A stretch of 64,000 nt of DNA. It comes from Octopus vulgaris. Its lineage: Eukaryota. The notes below the pieces were generated by a model, which had not been told where the DNA came from, searched no databases, and was given only the letters and a program-made list of their open reading frames with translations. The DNA is taken from NCBI GenBank assembly GCA_951406725.2, contig OX597834.1:35464001-35528000 (forward strand). The letters run 5' to 3'. Shown in pieces: positions 55,988 through 64,000 of this stretch. The position numbers were made by a program, and so were the translations under genes. How positions within the stretch are numbered: the stretch's first letter is position 1; each line of letters starts with the position of its first letter.

Positions 55988-56585
55988 GGCGGAGAGCTGG
56001 CAGAAACGTTAGCACGCCGGGCGAGATGCTTAGCGGTATTTCGTCTGCGTTACGTTGTGAGTTCAAATTCCGCCGAGGTCGACTTTGCCTTTCATCCTTT
56101 CGGGGTCGATAAATTAAGTACCAGTTACGCACTGGGGTCGATGTAATCGACTTAATACCTATGTCTGTCCTTGTTTGTCCCCTCTGTGTTTAGCCCCTTG
56201 TGGGTAATAAAGAAATAGGTATTTCGTCTGCGTTACGTTGTGAGTTCAAATTCCGCCGAGGTCGACTTTGCCTTTCATCCTTTCGGGGTCGATAAATTAA
56301 GTACTAGTTACGCACTAGGGTCGATGTAATCGACTTAATACCTATGTCTGTCTTTGTTTGTCCCCTCTGTGTTTAGCCCCTTGTGGGTAATAAAGAAATA
56401 GGTATTTCGCTTGTCGTTACGTTCTGAGTTCAAATTCCGCCGAGGTTGACTTTGCCTTTTATCCTTTCGGGGTCGATAAATTAAGTACCAGTTACGCACT
56501 GGGGTCGATGTAATCGACTTAATACCTATGTCTGTCCTTGTTTGTACCCTCTATGTTTAGCCCCTTGTGGGTAATAAAGAAATAG
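55988..56585 (+). mobile_element. SINE family A, 3-unit array
   Basis: Junctions at 56218 and 56401 (183-bp period). Confidence 0.88.
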
Positions 56586-56994
56586 ATATAACACTCTCTA
56601 ACTCACTGCATAGAGCCGGAAGAATCATAGCCGCACCGGACAAAATGCGTAGCGGCATTTCTTCCGGCTTTACGTTCAATGGCAATAGAAATATGCCACT
56701 TTTCTGGGTGCGTACGTATGGTCATCAATCAGAAAACACTTTGCAAGGAGTTCCTGTCCAAATCTGATGTTATTTACTAGTTTCATTAATTCAGATTTAA
56801 TTGTCTGCATAAATACATAAACTTGGTTATTTGGTGCTCAGAGAGATTCGATGGCATTTTGAAAGGTTGTTTGATTCGCTGTGAAGTCGTTCCTTCCTTG
56901 TTTTTGCTTTAGTTAGAGGTGCTAACGTTTCATTGTTGCTATGGAAATTTCTATTGGTTGTCGTTTTCGACATCTATGTATATGTGTGTGTGTG

Positions 56995-57375
56995 GAGGCG
57001 CAATGGCCCAGTGGTTAGGGCAGCGGACTCGCGGTCGTAGGATCGCGGTTTCGATTCCCAGACCGGGCGTTGTGAGTGTTTATTGAGCGAAAACACCTAA
57101 AAGCTCCACGAGGCTCCGGCAGGGGATGGTGGTGATCCCTGCTCTACTCTTTCACCACAACTTTCTCTCACTCTTACTTCCTGTTTCTGTTCTACCTGTA
57201 TTTCAAAGGGGCCGGCCTTGTCACTCTCTGTGTCACGCTGAATATCCCCGAGAACTACGTTAAGGGTGCACGTGTCTGTGGAGTGCTCAGCCACTTACAC
57301 GTTAATTTCACGAGCAGGCTGTTCCGTTGATTCGGATCAACCGGAACCCTCATCGTCGTAACCGACGGAGTGCTT
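56995..57375 (+). mobile_element. tRNA(Arg)-like SINE family C, near full length
   Basis: Head GGCGCAATGGCCCAGTGGTTAGGGCAGCGGACTCGCGGTCG..GGTTTCGATTCCC (A and B boxes). Related copies at 4533-4845, 42620-42915, 57690-58090, 58575-58825(-), 30350-30625(-). Confidence 0.85.
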
Positions 57376-57516
57376 CCATATATGTGTGTGTGTGCGTGTG
57401 TGTAGGCATACCTCGTATTTTGTCTTTGTATTTTCGAAGTTACAATCCATAAGAAACCCCTTCTTCCACACACAAAAAATGTCTTCCTAATCCTAAACCG
57501 TTCATTTCTTTTGCAG

Positions 57517-57597
57517 AGACAACAATTACGATCTGTTCTGGTTCAGTCATCGGCTAATCGTCTTAATGTACATCCTTCTCATGGTACACGCGTTTAG
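57517..57597 (+). CDS. NOX4: NOX4-like exon (TM5, second heme His pair)
   Basis: Acceptor catttcttttgcag, donor TAG|gtaacg. 81 bp, phase 2/2, DNNYDLFWFSHRLIVLMYILLMVHAF(R); His-x12-His. Confidence 0.94.
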   Translation, partial: RQQLRSVLVQSSANRLNVHPSHGTRV

Positions 57598-58315
57598 GTA
57601 ACGTACTTTGACCCCTCATTTGGTACTTTCCTTGTATCGACACCCAATTTATTATTTATTCAGGGATTAGCTAATTCTTAAACTTTATGTGGACTGTGTT
57701 GAGGGGAAACGAACTCGTGATTGTAAGATTGTTGTTTCAAATCCTAGACCGGGCGATGGGTTGTGTTCCTGAGCAAAACACTTCATTTCACGTTGTTTCA
57801 GTCACTCAGCTGCCGGAGCCTCGAGGAGCTTTACGAAGTTTTGGGTTCGATCTCACTGTGTTGCACCATAGGCAAATATAATTATTTTTTATAGTTTTAA
57901 GTCGCTCCGTGCATTGTGAGTGAAATTGATCAGATGGAAACTGTGTGGAAACCCGTTTGATGGATTGTGCCTGGAATTCAAAAGATGCAGTCTCCTCACA
58001 AACACTGTGTCATGCTGATTCTGTTTGAGAATTTACGTCAAGGCTACTGCGAATGTCTATGGAATACTCGGCCGGTTACACGTTAGTTCAATGATCGAAC
58101 AAATGAATCTCCATCGTCAAACGACGGAGGTCCACAACCACCGTCACAACCATCATCACTGCCATCACCAATAGTAGTAGTAGTAGTAATAGCAGTAGTA
58201 GTGACTGTAGTAATAGTAGCAGTGGTAGTAATAGTAGTTGCAGTGGTAGTAGTTTTGTCATTTTTGTTTTCTCCCCTGTTAATCGAAATCCACCCCTTTC
58301 TGTCATTTTTTCCAG

Positions 58316-58469
58316 GGGTCCCATTCGGATGCAACTCAACATCAAGTATCACACACCCGGATGTAAATTTCGTAATTTATCGTTTCCATGGCCAGAACCG
58401 GAATTTTATCATGCCTTCAAGTCGTATTCCTGCGATGAAGAACCACAATTTGGAGAAATTGGTTGCCAG
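58316..58469 (+). CDS. NOX4: NOX4-like exon (extracellular E-loop)
   Basis: Acceptor tgtcattttttccag, donor CAG|gtaacc. 154 bp, phase 2/0, GPIRMQLNIKYHTPGCKFRNLSFPWPEPEFYHAFKSYSCDEEPQFGEIGCQ; H.PGC and C.EEP.F motifs typical of NOX4. Confidence 0.92.
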
Positions 58470-59293
58470 GTAACCAAGAGCTCTTTCTTTCCTTCTTTCT
58501 TCATTTTCCTTTTCTATTTCCTTTTGTTTCATTCTTTCTGCCATTCTTCCTTCCTTCCATTCTTATCACCGTGACCGACCAGGCTATCAGATGTTGCTAC
58601 ACATCGCTGGTCACAATGCGCTTCGCATTGTTTTAGCCTTCAAATGACGCCACCCCGCTGGCTAATCGAGCTGGCCAACAGAAGAAAGAGTGAGAGAAAG
58701 TTGTGGCGAAAGAGTACAGCAGGGATCGCCATCAACCCCTGCCGGTGTTTTTACTCAATAAACACTCTCAACGCCCGGTCTGGGAATCGAAACCGCGTTC
58801 CTACGACCGCGAATCTGCTGCCCTAACGTACGCACCTTCTCGTCGAGTTACAAATAATTCTGGTGAACGCAATTGAGTGAGACGCAGGCGTTTGAGTGAG
58901 ATGCACGCTCGAATGACTTTCTATGAATTCATATCCTTTCATTGTTAATGTTTCCTTCTTCGAACACCTGTTTATAGAACTATATCCCTGCTTTTTGTTT
59001 CCCTGATAAGCATAATCTTAATTCTTTTAAATCTTACGTTGAGCATTTCACGGTTTCGATTCTCCGTTGACAGCCACTTATTTTAACTTATGCCGCTTAT
59101 TTTCTCAAAATAGATATGACTGTCACGATATGTCATTCTTTTTCTGTCTCCCTATCTCTCCTCGTCCCCTTAAAATAGAAAACTCATCTGTTGCCTGCCT
59201 AATGAAGATAAAATAATAAAACGTAATAACAAACTCTACACAAACGATGAAGACGTCAATTTTAAGCGCCATTTTTCTCTTTATATTTTACAG

Positions 59294-59455
59294 TCATATT
59301 TATGGGTGACAGCTCCAATCTTGCTTTATATAGGTGATGTAGTGTACCGGATACGCAGACGATCCACTTCAGCTCACATTATACAAACGGTGTTGCACGA
59401 CGATGTTATCGAATTAAAGATGGTTAAAGACGGATTAACAGCCCATGCAGGTCAG
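59294..59455 (+). CDS. NOX4: NOX4-like exon (TM6 and start of FAD domain)
   Basis: Acceptor ttatattttacag, donor CAG|gtgtgt. 162 bp, SYLWVTAPILLYIGDVVYRIRRRSTSAHIIQTVLHDDVIELKMVKDGLTAHAGQ. Confidence 0.93.
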
Positions 59456-59585
59456 GTGTGTCATTTTATTGTTTCTTTACACATTTTTGAAAAATAAAGG
59501 ACTTCTTACGTTGCCATGTTATCATATGGCCACGAATTTATAACCGAAATGGAGGGGTCAGGAAAGCCAATTAAACTCGAAAGAT

Positions 59586-59645
<60 letters not shown>

Positions 59646-61793
59646 GGGGTTTTGAATATGGGAACGTAGATGAAAGAAACGAAGTAATTTCTAACATAAG
59701 AACAAGTTAAAATCTTCATATTTTGGAGGGAAGAGAAATTATACTTCTGTTTTTTTTCTTTAATCCTTAGAAAAATCAACGGCAAAATTGCAACGAAAGG
59801 GATTTGAAACTGAGAAGCATTTTGTTTGGCTTTCTATAATTTCTGTTATCTATCGCCTATTCTCGTCTATCACGGGATTCATTCATCACTGATCCGGAAT
59901 AACATGGCACGATCAGTTATGAAACGCATTAAGTTTATCACGAATTGATCCGTGATATCACAAATCGTGATCAGTCAAAGATTCAGCTTGGATCTCAAAA
60001 GTGCCTCCCAGCGACCATCCACAATGCTAGGAAATTCATTTAATATGGTATTTTACTGAACCAAAACACCCGTGATAAACGAGGACAAAAGTGTTATAAC
60101 GCGTCGTTTTACACTAAGAGTTTCTTTCTTTAAAAAAAAACAAACAAAAAAAAACACGATGTCCGCCTGCCATAATGCATTGCATTATGAAACAAAAAAA
60201 ATGCATTATAGGTGCAGGCGTGAGTGTGTGGATGAGAAGCTTGCCTTCCAGCCTCGTGGTCTTAGGCCGAGTCTCATTGCGTGGCAGCTTGGGCAAGTCC
60301 GTTCTAATATAGTTTTGGGCCGACCAAAACCTTGGAAGACAGAAGCTGAAAGAAGCCCATCGCTTGTTCTCCTAATGTTGCCCGACAATCGGTGTTGGTT
60401 TGTTTACGTCCCCGTAACTTACTGATTCGACCAAAGAAGTTGATAGCATAAGTATTAAACTTAAAAAATAAAATAAAATATAAAAAAAAAACTCTCTAAG
60501 TACGTCAAAGCGGTGCCCAGAGTGGCCACAGTCCGATAACTGAAACAAATAAAAGATCAGGGATGAAATATATAGACTACAAAATCCATCACAGAATCTT
60601 TTCGATTAAAGGATGACAACTTGTGAAGTATCCGACGTTCACGTAGAAGATAACTGCATATGAGAATATTGTTATTCTTGTTTTTTTCTGAGAAAAAGGT
60701 TGAATATTGCGTAGCAATGTGTTAGAGGTATAAACAGAGAAGTAGGATGATCCATATGTCTATCTGTTTCTTTGTACATCCACGGAAAAATAAAAAAATA
60801 AAAGACATATCCTTCCTATTATCCTCGATCTTTATACTTCAAGAACTGTAACATATTTTTCTTGTATTCATTTCATGTAGTCTTTTGTCAGCTATTATCT
60901 CGAGCCTTGCTTCGGTTTCTTGTTGTTTTGTAGTACAACTATTTCTTTCCCACTGACTTCTTATGATAATCATTTTTTTTTTATTCAGTTGTTCGTAGTC
61001 AAGCAGTTTCTTTGTGGTTGACAATATCGTCTGTTTGACTTGTAATTACATGTTGCATATCTGAAAAACAGCTGCCCACCTCTTCATTCTAACGCTTTTC
61101 CTTCATTTCCCTTGAATATTTTCTCTCATCCACTGACTGTTATTCATTCTCCTGTTTAGCTATGTAACATCCCTTCGTTTTTCTCTCATTCAAAATCAGT
61201 TTTTACTTCTGTTCATTTTCCCTACAACATTTCCTCTGCATACTTCGATATCATAAAAAAAAAATTTCACACACCTCATTCTTTAATTTTCTGCATCATT
61301 CATCCACTCGCTATACATCCCTTAGTTTATCATTTTGACCCCCTAATCCCCACTTTTTAATGTAGGGCTCCCTCTCCTTTCTACTTCATATCTTTCCTTG
61401 TATTTCATTGTCTGCTCCCTGATTGTCTCTCACTAGCATTCTTGCTGGCTGCAGGCTGTTTTTCTTCCTCTTTTTGTCAAGTGCGCACATATTTATCTAA
61501 GTCATCATCCCCCCCCCAATATATATATATTTCGTTTTGGGATTTGGTTTGCAAGATTCTTTATATGAGTTCGTGTGTTGAAGCATATTCTAACTGAATG
61601 TCTGGGGAGAGTCATTTTCTTTTTGTGCCTTATAATCTAAGACACTCACCGGTAAAATTTCCACTTATTTCTTATTTTTATTTTCCTAAAATTTTCGTTG
61701 CGTCTTGCAAATAAGAAAAAAAGTGGAAATTTTACCAGTGAGTGTCTTAGATTATAAGACACAAAAAGAAAATGACTCTCCCCAGACACAACA

Positions 61794-61840
<47 letters not shown>

Positions 61841-62341
61841 CAGTAACAAAAGAATCAGTCTACTGAAATAGTAGCAGAATGTCTGTAAATGTTTTGCCCC
61901 GTTGATATTAAACTATGTTAATTCATTTCGAATGTCCTTAATTTTGAGGTTCATGAATTCATCTGACGAAAACGGTTTCTTTATAATGATGTAATGTTTT
62001 CACTAATCAATTAAAGGAGTCGTTAGAAATGGCCATAATGTATTGACACCTGTACCCCTTCTGTTACACTCATTTTATTTTATTCACCCGTCTCGGAATC
62101 TGCCCTTCGTAAATATTATAAACTGTATATGTAATATAATATACATGTCTGAATAACTCACTCAAAAGTGGATTTCTTCACTCAGTTGGGTCTAATTGTC
62201 TATATACACTGCATGAATATCATTCGGCCGGTACTGATGTACCAAGTTTGATATTTAACCAACTGATTAAACAATAAAGAAGTGATATTGAACCAGTGCG
62301 TGTATTTAATATCATTGGCGTAATGACCCTCCCAAGACACA

Positions 62342-62392
<51 letters not shown>

Positions 62393-62426
62393 AACATAAA
62401 AACACGCACATACATACATACATACA

Positions 62427-62460
<34 letters not shown>

Positions 62461-62672
62461 CATACATACACACACACACACGTGTGTATGCATGTATGTG
62501 TGTGTGTATAATATCAAATAAAACAAAGACAATTTAGAGTCGACAGGACCTTTTTATCGTTGCACCAGAATTAAAGTTTTCTTTACTAAAAACCGAAAAT
62601 TTTATAATATTTGGCTTCCTTTTCTGAATATAATTCTTAATAAACTTCTATTTTTCTATTTCCTGACAACAG

Positions 62673-62735
62673 TATGTCCTCCTGCAATTTCCAGCCATCT
62701 CTGCTTTTGAATGGCATCCATATTCCTTAACATCG
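62673..62735 (+). CDS. NOX4: NOX4-like exon (FAD-binding HP(F/Y)(T/S) motif)
   Basis: Acceptor tttcctgacaacag, donor TCG|gtaagt. 63 bp, YVLLQFPAISAFEWHPYSLTS. Confidence 0.94.
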
Positions 62736-63415
62736 GTAAGTTCTTCAGCTTCTCTCTACACTGGCGATGCTAGAGACAGGTGAGGTGGGGCGGGGAGATG
62801 TGTTAAATACTTCATATTTTAGACGGAACGGAAGAGGAGTTTTGTTACAGTTGAGTTTTTTGCGGGAGGTAGACGTTGTTGGAAAGATATTTGAAAAACT
62901 GTACGAAGCTGTGTGGTAAGAAGCTTGCTTCCCAACCACACGGTTCCGGGTTCAGTCCCACTGTGTGGCACCTCGAGCCAGTGTCTTCTACTATATTTTT
63001 AGTTCGGGCCCATGCAATTTAAAGTTTGGTAGGCTCGTCACAGGAACCTAGCTCGTCAGGCGCAGGAGACAGAATCGTAAGATGCATAAGAACCATACTG
63101 CTCTTTTAACGAATGATATATATATAACTCTTAGTTGAGTGCTTTTTGCGTTTGTTTGTCTCCTCACTCGTGTATATATACTTATTGACACCCAAACACT
63201 CTGAAATGTTAGTATTGGGGCTTCTGGCGCGAATGCCAAGCGGTGCAGTATGTCGTTTCTAAATTTCTGGCAGAGTTAATTGCGTCATGGAACTGTTTTT
63301 CTCACAGACGGTGCCCAACTGATCCTACTATACTATGTAGTTGACAAGATCAAAAACAAACAATGCGCATGCTCGAAATAAGATATATAAAATGGCGACA
63401 ATTTACCTATCTCAC

Positions 63416-63522
<107 letters not shown>

Positions 63523-63625
63523 GCTGAACTGTTAATTTCAAGCCTTGTGCCTTTCGTTGAAAAGATTATTATTATTATTATATTTAAGTGTCTATCACTG
63601 TTTTTTCTTTTTCTTAATATTTCAG

Positions 63626-63683
63626 TGTCCGAAGAAAGGGTCAGCCTTCACAGTCCACATTCGATCCCGCGGCGACTGGTCAG
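63626..63683 (+). CDS. NOX4: NOX4-like exon (FAD domain, GDW motif); gene continues beyond the window
   Basis: Acceptor tttcttaatatttcag, donor CAG|gtgatt. 58 bp, CPKKGSAFTVHIRSRGDWS. Confidence 0.92.
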
Positions 63684-64000
63684 GTGATTTGGTAACTATT
63701 ACGCACAAAACATACGTTCGTAGTCACAAGTTGCTACACTAAAAGCACAACCATCAGTCAACCAAAATTAGGGTACACACTAAGAGTAGGGGCAGCTGGT
63801 TGATTGTTGTTGTAAACTCGAAATTGAGCAGATGCATGATCAAAGGCGTTCTAAATATGACCATCGTATAATTTTTGTATCTCGGGGACTAAATTTTGCA
63901 ATGCATTTTTCTTTAAGACGATGGAATATATAACGGGATATAAGGGAAATTTGGCTGCTATTTCTAGCAAAATACGAGTCCTTGGCTCACTGAATTATAT

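Noticed and set aside
56995-57070. tRNA-Arg-like sequence
   Set aside because: Head of SINE family C, followed by the SINE body; not a tRNA gene.
60820-61480. Possible further non-LTR retrotransposon remnant on the minus strand
   Set aside because: Too degenerate to assign by eye.

Overview
AT-rich, microsatellite-dense metazoan DNA whose SINE and simple-repeat content looks like an Octopus (coleoid cephalopod) genome; the species is inferred, not shown. Almost all six-frame ORFs are microsatellite artefacts. The one firm host gene is a + strand NADPH oxidase 4-like gene: 11 consecutive coding exons (41652-63683) with GT-AG sites and compatible phases. Its first exon was not found and the gene continues past the window end. 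The rest is three tRNA-derived SINE families, LINE remnants (RTE, CR1/L2, Dong/R4), Tc1/mariner remnants and MITEs, two hAT MITEs with 8-bp TSDs, a non-autonomous Helitron and a 28S rRNA fragment. The main unexplained layer is about 14 minimal type-I hammerhead-ribozyme motifs from about 8 unrelated short element families, mostly next to (TA)n tracts. Several of these elements are folded back into long inverted repeats with breakpoints in or near the ribozyme, which suggests a Penelope-like or retrozyme-like system. There is also an isolated ~34-bp hairpin with pri-miRNA dimensions and two orphan minus-strand terminal-exon candidates. All calls were made by eye with no searches run; repeat boundaries are approximate.
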